Assembly: GCA_037131105.1 (NCBI GenBank)
Contig: JBAXRQ010000001.1
Coordinates: 386,039-450,038, forward strand
Direction of reading: 5' to 3'
DNA from: a bacterium
GTDB lineage: Bacteria > Patescibacteriota > UBA1384 > CAILIB01
Length of the DNA stretch: 64,000 nucleotides
Position numbers and translations under genes: made by a program. Below the pieces are notes generated by a model. That model ran no database searches, was not told the origin of the DNA, and saw only the letters and a list, made by a program, of their open reading frames with translations. Below, one piece after another: positions 35,751 to 45,114 of this stretch; position 1 is the first letter of the stretch, and each line of letters starts with the position of its first letter.

Positions 35751-36506
35751 ATGCACATAGATCTTACCCCGCTGACCTTTGTCCTTTTCTTGCTAGGTCT
35801 TTTGACTGGCATGTACTCGGCGGTAGTTGGAGGAGGTGCCATCCTGTTGGTGCCGGTATTTTCTCTGATGGGGACACCTCTGGCAGTCGCCATCGCTACC
35901 ATGCGTCTGGGGGCGGTCTTCCAGCAGCTGGTGGCTACGGCTGCCTTCTGGAAAGAGGGTAAGATAGCCTGGAAGCCGGCTGCCTGGATTACGGCGATCT
36001 GTGTACCGGGAGCCTATCTGGGTGCGCGGCTAGCGGTGCATCTGGATCCCCACATGCTTTCCTATGTGGTGGCTGTCCTGATGTTCATACTTCTGGGTGT
36101 GGTGCTCTGCTTTGACCGGGGTCGTCTTAGAAAGCGTCCTGCTATCCGGTATGCTTGGCCCATCCTGATAGTCTTTGCCTTGGTATTGGGGTTCTACGGC
36201 GGCTTCTATGGAGCTGGATTCAGTACCCTCCTGATGCTCGCGTTCATATATATTGGCGGCTTTGGCATCCTGGAGAGCTCCGCTAACGCCAGTCTAGCGG
36301 CCTTTGTCATGTCTGCAGTGGCTTCCGTAGTCTTTGTGGGAGCGGGTGACGTGGACTGGCAGTTGTTTCTGCCGGTGACGGCTGGTGGTGTCATTGGGGC
36401 CTGGCTGGGAGTTGAGTCAGCGGTGAAATTCGGGGGCAAGTGGGTGCACGCCCTGTTGCTTATCGTCTTGGCAGGCTCGATAGTCCGTCTGATTTTGTTC
36501 CCCTGA
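35751..36506 (+). CDS. TauE/SafE (DUF81) family anion exporter
   Basis: Two roughly 120-aa four-TM halves with Gly-rich motifs (GMYSAVVGGGAILLVP). Confidence 0.65.
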   Translation: MHIDLTPLTFVLFLLGLLTGMYSAVVGGGAILLVPVFSLMGTPLAVAIATMRLGAVFQQLVATAAFWKEGKIAWKPAAWITAICVPGAYLGARLAVHLDPHMLSYVVAVLMFILLGVVLCFDRGRLRKRPAIRYAWPILIVFALVLGFYGGFYGAGFSTLLMLAFIYIGGFGILESSANASLAAFVMSAVASVVFVGAGDVDWQLFLPVTAGGVIGAWLGVESAVKFGGKWVHALLLIVLAGSIVRLILFP

Positions 36507-37434
36507 CGAGGTATGCGTAGAATACGATGCCGGTGACACCTGCAATGACAGGAACCATAACGAGCGGTAGGGACACCGTCCCGGTCAGGTAGGCTGCGGT
36601 CAGGTAGGCGCCGGTAGCCATATTGAGCGCCAGAAAGACCTTCCAGCCGGCGTTGGCGGTAGGGGAGGTCTCATCGGTGATTCCGTGGAACCGCACGGTA
36701 TTTGCCAGATAAAGGAGACATAGAAGCGCTGCGCCATAGCCCAGAGTCACTGGATAGGCGAGCGCGATCAGGAGGGCAGCTATCAGATAAAGAGTTGTGC
36801 TGAACCATACGGTAGCCTTGGCCCCAATCACCGTACCGATCGAGCCGATATCGGCCTCGCGGTCGAAAGGGATGTCCTGTACTGAGCCGAAGGCGTGACT
36901 GGCCAGCCCCCAGAGAAAGTAGGCGGCCAGGGCGGCGCCATATGTCGAGAGGCTTTGCCCGGAGACCAGGACACCGTAGGCCAAGGGAGTCCAGAAATGC
37001 AGACTGGAGTTGGTGGAGTCGAGGAAGGGAATGACCTTGAAGCGAAGCGGCGGCACGCTGTAGCTTACTACGGCGAAGGCGGAGGCAAGCAGCATGAGAC
37101 GGGCCGGCCAGCCGCCTTGACTGAGTAGGATGAAGAGAAATGGCAGGCAGCAGATCAGAACCGCTATCCAGAGAGGCCGAAAGGCAGCCTTGTCCAGCCG
37201 GGCGCCTTCCACAGAGGCCTTGCGGGGATTCTTTTGGTCCGACTCATAGTCGAAGATGTCGTTAAGCCCGTACATGGCCAGGTTGTAAGGGAAGAGAAAG
37301 AAGAGGACCCCTACCCAGAACACCCAGGTGAGTGGTAATCCTGCAACCAGCCAGGCCGCCGCAAAGGGAAAGGCGGTGTTTACCCAGGAAAAGGGTCTTG
37401 AAGCCAGGAAGGGACCTTTAAGCAGCGCGTTCAT
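36460..37434 (-). CDS. UbiA-family prenyltransferase, candidate lycopene elongase (CrtEb/Lye-like)
   Basis: The NDIFDYESD Asp-rich motif and 8-9 TM helices. It is the last gene of the crtYe-crtYf operon. Confidence 0.55.
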   Translation of the reverse strand: MNALLKGPFLASRPFSWVNTAFPFAAAWLVAGLPLTWVFWVGVLFFLFPYNLAMYGLNDIFDYESDQKNPRKASVEGARLDKAAFRPLWIAVLICCLPFLFILLSQGGWPARLMLLASAFAVVSYSVPPLRFKVIPFLDSTNSSLHFWTPLAYGVLVSGQSLSTYGAALAAYFLWGLASHAFGSVQDIPFDREADIGSIGTVIGAKATVWFSTTLYLIAALLIALAYPVTLGYGAALLCLLYLANTVRFHGITDETSPTANAGWKVFLALNMATGAYLTAAYLTGTVSLPLVMVPVIAGVTGIVFYAYLVRGTKSDGLSSLPRR

Positions 37435-37720
37435 AGAACCTGATTATGGATCTAGTAAGGATGACTGCCACAAAGACGTAGGCGAAGTCCTCTATCGGTA
37501 TGGTGCCAAGATGAAGGCCGCTGATGCGGGAGGCGTCATAGCGGACGATGGGCAGGGCAGTAAGTAGCATGTCGGCCACTAGGGTCATTACTACCAGGGG
37601 AAGCAAGGTGCGCCAGGTCCTGGGCTCGCGGATCACTCCCGTTCTCAGGATTACCAGGTCAACTACGGCTGCAAGGAGCAGTATGCCGAGGGCAAAGAGA
37701 GGGTAAGTGAGGTGGCTCAT
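37418..37720 (-). CDS. Lycopene cyclase domain protein (heterodimeric carotenoid cyclase subunit, CrtYf/CrtYd-like)
   Basis: A 100-aa, three-TM protein in the carotenoid cluster. Its start overlaps the upstream gene stop (ATGA). Confidence 0.55.
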   Translation of the reverse strand: MSHLTYPLFALGILLLAAVVDLVILRTGVIREPRTWRTLLPLVVMTLVADMLLTALPIVRYDASRISGLHLGTIPIEDFAYVFVAVILTRSIIRFYERAA

Positions 37721-38016
37721 CGGCGGTAGCCTGACAGGATGGCGAGATAGGATATCAACGTAAGAAGGAAGAGCTCCTCAAGGGGAAGATCGGGAGGCAG
37801 GAGGTAGAGGCCGCTCAGGTAGGCGGGATTGGCGCTGAATATTCCGAGCCAGATTCCTACTAGATCTCCGATGAGCAGGGTGGCAACGCAGCCCGCTAGT
37901 GCTATCTGTACGGATCGCTTAGCAATAAGCCGACGGGAACGCAGGTCAAGAAGGGTCAGGCCGCCTAAGGAAATGACCAGGACGAGCAGGTATCCGAAAT
38001 GCTGAAGCTGGTTCAT
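37717..38016 (-). CDS. Lycopene cyclase domain protein (second cyclase subunit, CrtYe/CrtYc-like)
   Basis: The 99-aa C-terminal part of the 242-aa ORF, starting MNQLQHFGYLLVLVISLGG... The longer form would overlap crtI by about 400 nt on the opposite strand. Confidence 0.5.
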   Translation of the reverse strand: MNQLQHFGYLLVLVISLGGLTLLDLRSRRLIAKRSVQIALAGCVATLLIGDLVGIWLGIFSANPAYLSGLYLLPPDLPLEELFLLTLISYLAILSGYRR

Positions 38017-38046
38017 GAAGCGTTTTATTGCTAAGCTAAGGATAAC

Positions 38047-39522
38047 ATGAAAATAGCAGTCATCGGAGCAGGTATCGGCGGACTGGCCACAGCGGCGCTT
38101 CTTGCTAAGGACGGCCACGACGTCGAGATCATAGAAAAGAATGAGGCGCCCGGCGGCAGGGCGGCTGTTTTTGAGGAGTCCGGCTTTCGCTTTGACATGG
38201 GCCCTTCCTGGTACCTGATGCCCGATGTCTTTGAGAACTTTTTCGCTGAGTTCGGCGTATCGGCCCAGGAGGTCCTTAAGCTGATGCGGCTGGATCCCTC
38301 GCACCGGTTCTTCTTTGAGGGGGACAAGGCACCCATAGACATTCCGGACAGCCTCGAGGGTGTAGCGGACGTCATTGAAGGGTTGGAGCCTGGCAGCCGT
38401 CAGCGCTTTCTTGACTACATGGTGGCTACCGGCAGGCAGTATCACTTAATCACCGATCATTTTCTGAACAGGCGCTATCGGGGGCCTCTCGACCTGATTA
38501 GCACTAAGGCGCTGGCCGCCCTCCGTACCTTGCCTCTGCTGGGATCTGTCGACACCTACGTGCGCCGTCGCTTTAAGACCGACAAGGTACGGAAGCTCCT
38601 GGAGTACTCGCTGGTGTTTTTGGGAACCTCGCCCTATCAGGCTCCGGGAATGTACTCGATGATGGCCCACGTCGACTATGCGCAGGGCGTGTACTATCCG
38701 GAGAAGGGCATCGGATCGTTGGTGGACGCCATGCTTGCCCTGGGGGAGGAGCGGGGGGTCAGGCTGCGCCTCAACGCTCCTGTTGCCAGCCTTGAGTGTG
38801 AGGCCGGCGTGGTGAAGGCGGTGGTCCTTGAGAGCGGTGAGCGCCTAGAATACGACTTGGTGATCTCCAACGCTGACATACACCATACCGAGACGGTGCT
38901 ACTGCCAGCCGAGGCCCGCAGCTATTCTGAGGAGTATTGGAAGAGCCGCACCCTGGCTCCTTCCGGACTGCTGATCTATCTGGGTATCAAGGGGAGAGTG
39001 CCTCAGCTTTCCCATCACAACTTATACATTGCCAAGGACTGGGACCGGCATTTTGACAGTATCTTTAAGGACCCAGCCTGGCCTGAAAACCCCAGCTTCT
39101 ACGTCTGCATGCCGAGCGCTACCGATCCTACCGTGGCACCTGAAGGAGATGAGAATCTCTTCGTCTTCCTTCCTCTGGCCTCCAAGCCAGAACTGTTCCA
39201 GGATAAGGAAGCCCTGGCTGACATACTTATTAAGCAAATCGCCGAGGTCTGCGACATACCTGATCTCAGCGAGCGCGTAGCTTACCGGAGGGTCTTTGGG
39301 CCGAGTGATTTTGTGGAGCGCTACCATAGTCTGGGCGGCAGCGCCCTTGGTCTAGCTCATACCCTTTCTCAGACCGCCTTTCTGCGTCCCTCCCAGCGTA
39401 GTCGCCGGATTTCCAACCTGTATTACGTGGGGGCAGGGGTTCATCCCGGCATCGGTATGCCGGTAAGCGTAATCAGCGCCCAGATTCTTCGAGACAGCTT
39501 AAGAAAGGAGTACCGTGCTTAG
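38047..39522 (+). CDS. crtI: Phytoene desaturase (FAD-dependent)
   Basis: A Rossmann N-terminus MKIAVIGAGIGGLATAALLAKDGHDVEIIEKNEAPGGRA. Its 491-aa length and cluster context fit CrtI. Confidence 0.8.
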   Translation: MKIAVIGAGIGGLATAALLAKDGHDVEIIEKNEAPGGRAAVFEESGFRFDMGPSWYLMPDVFENFFAEFGVSAQEVLKLMRLDPSHRFFFEGDKAPIDIPDSLEGVADVIEGLEPGSRQRFLDYMVATGRQYHLITDHFLNRRYRGPLDLISTKALAALRTLPLLGSVDTYVRRRFKTDKVRKLLEYSLVFLGTSPYQAPGMYSMMAHVDYAQGVYYPEKGIGSLVDAMLALGEERGVRLRLNAPVASLECEAGVVKAVVLESGERLEYDLVISNADIHHTETVLLPAEARSYSEEYWKSRTLAPSGLLIYLGIKGRVPQLSHHNLYIAKDWDRHFDSIFKDPAWPENPSFYVCMPSATDPTVAPEGDENLFVFLPLASKPELFQDKEALADILIKQIAEVCDIPDLSERVAYRRVFGPSDFVERYHSLGGSALGLAHTLSQTAFLRPSQRSRRISNLYYVGAGVHPGIGMPVSVISAQILRDSLRKEYRA

Positions 39523-40564
39523 CAGGTCTGAATTCAGAGAGTTGGTTGACCGGGAGATATCCCGGCAGTATGACCTGCAGCTGGGACAAGCTCCGTCGGG
39601 AGCGGATTCCTATACCAGGCTTCTTGTTGACCTAAAGGAGTTCATATTGAAAGGGGGGAAACGTAATCGTCCTTACCTTCTTTACCTTGGCTATGTAGGC
39701 TGGGGAGGCGCTGACGTCGATTCGCTGGTGCCGATAGCGGCATGCCTAGAGATCATGCACAACTTCCTGCTTATCCACGACGATATTATCGACAGGGACC
39801 TGATCAGGTACGGTGGTCCCAATATAGAGGGACAGTACCGTGAGCGTTTCGCCGGCAAGGAACGCGGCGAGAAGTTTGCCCAGGACGTGGCGCTGCTTGC
39901 TGGGGATATCGCCCACTTGGTGGCTATCGACGCGCTCGTCACCTCAGCCTTTACTGCCGATCAGAAGGTGATGGCATTGAGACTGGTGACGGAAAAGATC
40001 TTGGAGACCTCGGCCGGGCAGATTATTGATGTGCTCCCGTATGACGAAGGCGTTGAGACAGTAGAAGGAACTGACATCACCGGCATGTATGCTCTGAAGA
40101 CTGGTGGCTATAGTTTTGTCTTGCCACTCCTCCTGGGTGCAACTCTTGCGGGTGTGGAAAGGTCTGAGGAAGTACTGGCCTTTGCCACTCCCCTAGGTAT
40201 TGCTTTTCAGATAGGCGACGACCTTATCGGTACGTTTGGCTCTACCAGTTCCAGCGGGAAGCCGGTTGATGGCGACATCCGGGAGGGCAAGCAGACGGTA
40301 CTCTACAGCATGGCCAAGGAGCGTATGGTAGGAGAGGATGCAGATCTCCTTTCAATGCTGTATGGCAAGCGAACGGCCAGTGCAGAGGAAATCGCCCTGC
40401 TGGCCACCCGTATGGAGGCCTGCGGCGTCAGATCAGAGGGCGAGGCACTTCGTGACAGGTATCTGGACCAGGCGAAAGTCAAGCTTTCGGCGCTTGGCCT
40501 GACCGAGGAAGCTGAGAAGACCCTGGAAGTCCTGGCAGAGACCATCCGTAGTAGGGTGTCATGA
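39515..40564 (+). CDS. crtE: Polyprenyl (geranylgeranyl) diphosphate synthase
   Basis: The first Asp-rich motif LIHDDIIDRD and the second motif QIGDDLIGTFG. Confidence 0.8.
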   Translation: MLSRSEFRELVDREISRQYDLQLGQAPSGADSYTRLLVDLKEFILKGGKRNRPYLLYLGYVGWGGADVDSLVPIAACLEIMHNFLLIHDDIIDRDLIRYGGPNIEGQYRERFAGKERGEKFAQDVALLAGDIAHLVAIDALVTSAFTADQKVMALRLVTEKILETSAGQIIDVLPYDEGVETVEGTDITGMYALKTGGYSFVLPLLLGATLAGVERSEEVLAFATPLGIAFQIGDDLIGTFGSTSSSGKPVDGDIREGKQTVLYSMAKERMVGEDADLLSMLYGKRTASAEEIALLATRMEACGVRSEGEALRDRYLDQAKVKLSALGLTEEAEKTLEVLAETIRSRVS

Positions 40565-41391
40565 CCTCCCAGGAACGCTATCTGCAGGCGTCATTTGATC
40601 AGGCCAGACAGCTGACCCAAAGCTTCAGCACCTCCTTTGGCTGGTCCATTACGTTAATCGACAAGGAGCTGCGTCCGGCCATCTATGCCATATACGGCAT
40701 GGTCAGGTTGGCCGACGAGATTGTAGATACCCATTTCCCGGACGAAGAGCCGGAAGCCGAGTTGAAGCGCTTCGAGGCCGAACTGTGGCGCGCCATTGAG
40801 AAGAAGTATAGCCGGGATCCCATCCTGCATGCCTTCCAGCACGTCTATCACGCCTATTCCCTGCGGCGCGAGACAGTGGAGTGGTTCATCTCCAGTATGG
40901 CCATGGACCTGGAGCCCGTTGTATATGATGAGAAGCTGTACCGCCAGTATATCCGGGGTTCTGCCGAGGCGGTCGGCCTGATGTGCCTCTCGGTATTCGG
41001 CAGGGGGAACCAGGATTTCTATACCAAGAATGAAAAGGGGGCCCAGGCGCTGGGCTCTGCCTTTCAAAAAGTGAACTTTCTGCGCGATATGGGTGATGAC
41101 TTCCATGAGAGGGGCCGCACTTATTTCCCAGGTGTCAAGCCAGGAGGGCTGACCGTCCTGCAAAAACGGGCCATAGAAGACGACGTAGAGACTGAGTATG
41201 CCGCCGCCCGATCCTACGTACGGGCGCTGCCACCCGAGGCCAGACGGGGAGTGGCCTTGGCCCTTGCCTATTACGAGGAGCTGTTAGATGAAATTCGGCC
41301 GCTAAGTCCGGAGGAGCTGATGCGAAAGCGGGTCAGTGTGCCGAATGGTCGCAAGCTGGCTCTCTACCTCCGTGCCAGGATGCTGGGCTGA
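40561..41391 (+). CDS. crtB: Phytoene synthase
   Basis: Squalene/phytoene synthase fold motifs (YAIYGMVRLADEIVD, ..NFLRDMGDD..). Confidence 0.8.
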   Translation: MTSQERYLQASFDQARQLTQSFSTSFGWSITLIDKELRPAIYAIYGMVRLADEIVDTHFPDEEPEAELKRFEAELWRAIEKKYSRDPILHAFQHVYHAYSLRRETVEWFISSMAMDLEPVVYDEKLYRQYIRGSAEAVGLMCLSVFGRGNQDFYTKNEKGAQALGSAFQKVNFLRDMGDDFHERGRTYFPGVKPGGLTVLQKRAIEDDVETEYAAARSYVRALPPEARRGVALALAYYEELLDEIRPLSPEELMRKRVSVPNGRKLALYLRARMLG

Positions 41392-41404
41392 AAAGGTCGG
41401 CTAC

Positions 41405-41433
41405 TGGACAAAATCCGTATCTTATGCTATAGT
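41405..41433 (+). promoter_or_regulatory. Promoter for the DEAD-box helicase (TGGACA-17-TGcTATAGT extended -10) with a roughly 90-nt 5' UTR
   Basis: TGGACA at 41405-41410 and TATAGT at 41428-41433, preceded by TG. Confidence 0.4.
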
Positions 41434-41522
41434 CAGAACATTATATCAGGCTCATTTCTGAGCCGATGCTCCGTTCTCATGCGTCATTGTCATAATGATC
41501 CTCGGGAGTGGATCATTAATTC

Positions 41523-42770
41523 GTGACGTATCTCATGGAATCAACCCCTACGCCGTTAAACGGCTTTGCTGGGCTGGGCCTTAGCCCAGTCATTATGACT
41601 GCTCTCGAGAAGCAGAATTTTGTTACGCCTACTCCTATCCAGGCCCAGGCCATCCCTATCGCCGTTACCGGCAAGGATGTCATCGGTATCGCTCAGACCG
41701 GTACCGGTAAGACCTTGGCCTTCTCCCTGCCTATCCTGCAGCGTCTTTCTGCTGAACAGGGTAATGCCCTTATCCTTTTGCCTACCCGCGAGCTCGCTCT
41801 GCAGGTACAGGAGAATATCCGCAAGATCTCGCCCTTTGTCGGCCAGCCGCTTCGCAGCTGCGTCCTGATTGGAGGCGCTTCAATCTACGGACAGATCCAG
41901 GAGCTGCGCCGTCATCCTCGCATTATCATCGCTACTCCCGGCCGCCTTATCGACCACCTTACCCAGGGCAATATTAAGCTTGACCAGGTCAAGGTGTTGG
42001 TACTGGACGAGGCAGACCGCATGCTGGACATGGGCTTCGCCCCCCAGCTGCGCCGTATCATGGAGACCGTGCCTAAGGAGCGTCAGACCTTGTTCTTTTC
42101 GGCTACCATGCCTTCGGAGATCCTCAGCCTGGTCAACACCTACCTGAATAACCCCGCCCGCGTCGAAGTAGCTCCCGCCGGTACCAGCGCTGAGCTGGTC
42201 GAGCAGGAACTCTGCTACGCCAGCCAGATGGGCAAGCTTACCATTCTTGAGACCCTGCTTGCCGAGTACAAGGGGACCATCCTGGTCTTCTCGCGTACCA
42301 AGCATGGCGCTACCAAGATCATGAGGAAGGTAGAGGCTATGGGTCACAAGGCAGCCGAGATCCACTCTAACAAGTCACTCAGCCAGCGCCGCCAGGCCCT
42401 GGACGGCTTCAAGTCTGGCCGTTACCGCGTCCTTATCGCTACTGACATTGCCGCCCGTGGTATCGACGTGACCGGCATCGAGCTGGTGATCAACTTCGAC
42501 CTGCCTGACGCTCCTGAGGACTACATCCACCGTATCGGACGTACCGGACGGGCTGGACGCGAGGGCAAGGCCATCTCATTGGCTACTCCTGACCAGCAGA
42601 ACGACGTGCGACGCATCGAGCGTTTGGTGGGCAAGCCCCTTAAGATCTCCCATCTTTCTGAGCTGCGCCCCGCCCAGCCTTCTCGCGACGCCTACCACCC
42701 AAAGCCTACCCACTCTTCGCATCGTCCAGGCCAGAAACGCCGTCCTCACTTCCGTTCGTTCAACGTTTAA
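41523..42770 (+). CDS. DEAD-box ATP-dependent RNA helicase (RhlE/CshA-like)
   Basis: The Q-motif, AQTGTGKT, VLDEADRM (DEAD), SAT, and HRIGRTGRAG. A basic C-terminal tail. Confidence 0.85.
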   Translation: MTYLMESTPTPLNGFAGLGLSPVIMTALEKQNFVTPTPIQAQAIPIAVTGKDVIGIAQTGTGKTLAFSLPILQRLSAEQGNALILLPTRELALQVQENIRKISPFVGQPLRSCVLIGGASIYGQIQELRRHPRIIIATPGRLIDHLTQGNIKLDQVKVLVLDEADRMLDMGFAPQLRRIMETVPKERQTLFFSATMPSEILSLVNTYLNNPARVEVAPAGTSAELVEQELCYASQMGKLTILETLLAEYKGTILVFSRTKHGATKIMRKVEAMGHKAAEIHSNKSLSQRRQALDGFKSGRYRVLIATDIAARGIDVTGIELVINFDLPDAPEDYIHRIGRTGRAGREGKAISLATPDQQNDVRRIERLVGKPLKISHLSELRPAQPSRDAYHPKPTHSSHRPGQKRRPHFRSFNV

Positions 42771-42831
42771 GTACTCACTGCTGTAAGCCAGTTCACTGGA
42801 CAGCCTGTGTGAGATAGGTTTGAATAAGGGT

Positions 42832-42957
42832 ATGACTGAAGACCTACTGATCGTCGTTACCCTCACTTTTCTTGGCACCGTGCTTGGCTTAGTCGGCACC
42901 CTTTTGTACAAGGGTGCCGTCTTTTTTGTCGAATATTTTTTTCGGGGACGACTGTAG
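42832..42957 (+). CDS. Small hydrophobic peptide (41 aa), hypothetical
   Basis: MTEDLLIVVTLTFLGTVLGLVGTLLYKGAVFFVEYFFRGRL. Its stop TAG overlaps the ATG of the next gene (TAGATG). It is below the ORF-track length cutoff. Confidence 0.25.
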   Translation: MTEDLLIVVTLTFLGTVLGLVGTLLYKGAVFFVEYFFRGRL

Positions 42958-43704
42958 ATGGACGCCCCTATTGTCCTTACCTGTGGGGAGGCGTGCGCGA
43001 CTATACTTCCAGACCGTGGCGCCACGGTAACACGCTGGATGGTAAAGGGGAAGGATATCTTCTATCCGGAGACGCTTTCACCTGTTTGCGGGCAGTTGCG
43101 GCGTCGCGGGGGAATGCCACTTCTATTCCCCCAGGCAGGGGAGGGAAAGGGTGAACTAGTTAACCATGGCTTTGCTCGGTCTTTGCCCTGGCAGGAGCGT
43201 GAGGTATGTGCTGACAGGGCGTCATTTACCTTAGCCGATACCGAGGCTACCCGCGCTGCCTACCCGTTTTCCTTTGGGCTACAAGCTGATATCCACCTGT
43301 TTGAGGACGCCTTGGAATATGTCCTTACCGTTAAGAATACCGGCAAGGTGCCCTTGCCCACGGCGCCAGGACTCCATCCTTATCTCAAGATTACCAACCG
43401 AAATAAGGGTCGTATTGAGACCGATATCCCTGGATTTTCAGCTGGCTCATTCACCGGTCCTCACACCCTCTTTTTCCCCTGGCAGAAACAAGCCGAGATT
43501 CGCATGCCTGATGGAGGAGGCGTCCAAATCGCGGCTGACAAGAGTTTTAAAAGGCTGTCAGTATGGACTGAACCTGGGAATGACTTCATATGCTTTGAAC
43601 CGTGGCGTGGTGAGGTAGGGGCACTGCAAGATCCTAAGCAAGTACTGATGGTCGCTCCTTCTAAATCCTTACAGCTACGGCTGCGTCTCCAGAATCTGGT
43701 ATAG
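42958..43704 (+). CDS. Aldose 1-epimerase family protein (mutarotase-like)
   Basis: GMPLLFPQAG plus conserved His and Glu positions of the galactose-mutarotase-like fold. Confidence 0.55.
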   Translation: MDAPIVLTCGEACATILPDRGATVTRWMVKGKDIFYPETLSPVCGQLRRRGGMPLLFPQAGEGKGELVNHGFARSLPWQEREVCADRASFTLADTEATRAAYPFSFGLQADIHLFEDALEYVLTVKNTGKVPLPTAPGLHPYLKITNRNKGRIETDIPGFSAGSFTGPHTLFFPWQKQAEIRMPDGGGVQIAADKSFKRLSVWTEPGNDFICFEPWRGEVGALQDPKQVLMVAPSKSLQLRLRLQNLV

Positions 43705-43711
43705 TACGGCT

Positions 43712-44560
43712 ATGATATTCTCTCGATATGAGCTCCCGGTGGTATCTGGTCATGGCCGTGGCCGTCTCCTAGGATATCCCACCTTCAATCTGGTCATTCC
43801 GGAAGGTTTTGAGCTGCCCTTCGGGATATATGCCGCTTGGGCCTGGATAGGTGACGTCCGGTACGGCGCCGCTATGCATTATGGGCCTATTCCGGTATTT
43901 GATGATCCGAAGCCCAGCCTCGAGCTGTTTTTGCTTGATTACAAGGATGACGATAGTATCGTCGATATACTAGGGGTGGAACCGGTGAGGTATCTACGTG
44001 AGATCCGCCCGTTTGCTTCGCCTGAGAATCTGGCCGAAGCCATTGGTAACGACGTGCTAGTAACTAGAGAATATCTAGCTGACCGGCAGCTACTAGACTA
44101 TCTTGCTGACGAGGCGAGTTCATACCCTCGATTCGAGGACGGCCGCATTGACTATACGGATACTCCTTCAGCCGCTGGTGTGGGCATATTCCTTGAGCAT
44201 GACGGAAAGCTACTGTTAGTAAAAAGAAGTGAAAAGGTAGGTAGCTATAAGGGGCGTTGGCATGTAGTCTCTGGATATCTTGATGAGCCGGTCAGTCTGC
44301 GAGAGAAAGCTGAAGAGGAACTTCGGGAGGAACTTTCACTTACCTTGCCTAGCACTCTTGAGTGGCTTTTTGGTCCAGGGTTTAGGAGTCAGGACGGGCA
44401 TCTGCTGTTGTTTTCGTGTTTGATCCGACTTAAGAGTGTTCCTGAGATAACTCTTGATTGGGAGAATACTGAGTATAGCTGGGTGGATATCACTGAGATT
44501 GTCAGGTTTGACCCGGTGCCCAGCTGCCTTCAAGAATGGGCTCATCTACTTGCATTATGA
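43712..44560 (+). CDS. Riboflavin kinase domain fused to a NUDIX hydrolase domain
   Basis: N-terminus GRGRLLGYPTFNL..GIYAAW..LELFLLDY matches the RibF kinase module. C-terminus GYLDEPVSLREKAEEELREELSL matches the Nudix box. Confidence 0.6.
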   Translation: MIFSRYELPVVSGHGRGRLLGYPTFNLVIPEGFELPFGIYAAWAWIGDVRYGAAMHYGPIPVFDDPKPSLELFLLDYKDDDSIVDILGVEPVRYLREIRPFASPENLAEAIGNDVLVTREYLADRQLLDYLADEASSYPRFEDGRIDYTDTPSAAGVGIFLEHDGKLLLVKRSEKVGSYKGRWHVVSGYLDEPVSLREKAEEELREELSLTLPSTLEWLFGPGFRSQDGHLLLFSCLIRLKSVPEITLDWENTEYSWVDITEIVRFDPVPSCLQEWAHLLAL

Positions 44561-45084
44561 ATATACTGCCGTACCATCTTCCTGAGGTGTTATATCTTCC
44601 CTATGACGACCAGCTTCCGCGAGTAGCTGAAATGCTCGAAATGGCCATTAAAGCTGCCCTTCCTGATCTTGAAGTAGATCATATTGGCAGTACCTCGATA
44701 CCAGGTATGCCAGGAAAGAATAGTCTGAACTTGGTAGTACTCTGCTCTCGCGATCGATTTCCAGCAGTTTTGAAACTACTTGAAGATCTTGGTTTTCAGA
44801 ATCATCCCTTTAAACATGAGCCGGCAGATCGCCCCTTAAAAGTGGGTAGTATCGAGCATGGTGGAAAGCTCTACGGCATCCATGTGCATGTGCTTGAGAA
44901 GGACTCAGATAATCATCGTAATTCACTGTTTTTTCGTGACTACTTGCGCTCGCATCCTGATGAGGCTAAACAGTATGCTGAATTGAAGCGTAGCTTAGTC
45001 GGGAGAAAGATGTCGTCTGAGGAATACAACGCAGCTAAGCAGCCGTTTATTCTGGAGATCCTAGTCAAGCGGGACCTGAACTGA
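44557..45084 (+). CDS. GrpB (UPF0157) nucleotidyltransferase-fold protein
   Basis: HIGSTSIPGMPGKNSLNLVV is the GrpB signature. The ATG at 44557 overlaps the upstream stop (ATGA). Confidence 0.6.
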   Translation: MNILPYHLPEVLYLPYDDQLPRVAEMLEMAIKAALPDLEVDHIGSTSIPGMPGKNSLNLVVLCSRDRFPAVLKLLEDLGFQNHPFKHEPADRPLKVGSIEHGGKLYGIHVHVLEKDSDNHRNSLFFRDYLRSHPDEAKQYAELKRSLVGRKMSSEEYNAAKQPFILEILVKRDLN

Positions 45085-45114
45085 TAGATTGGAGCTGCCC
45101 CTAAATCCCATACT

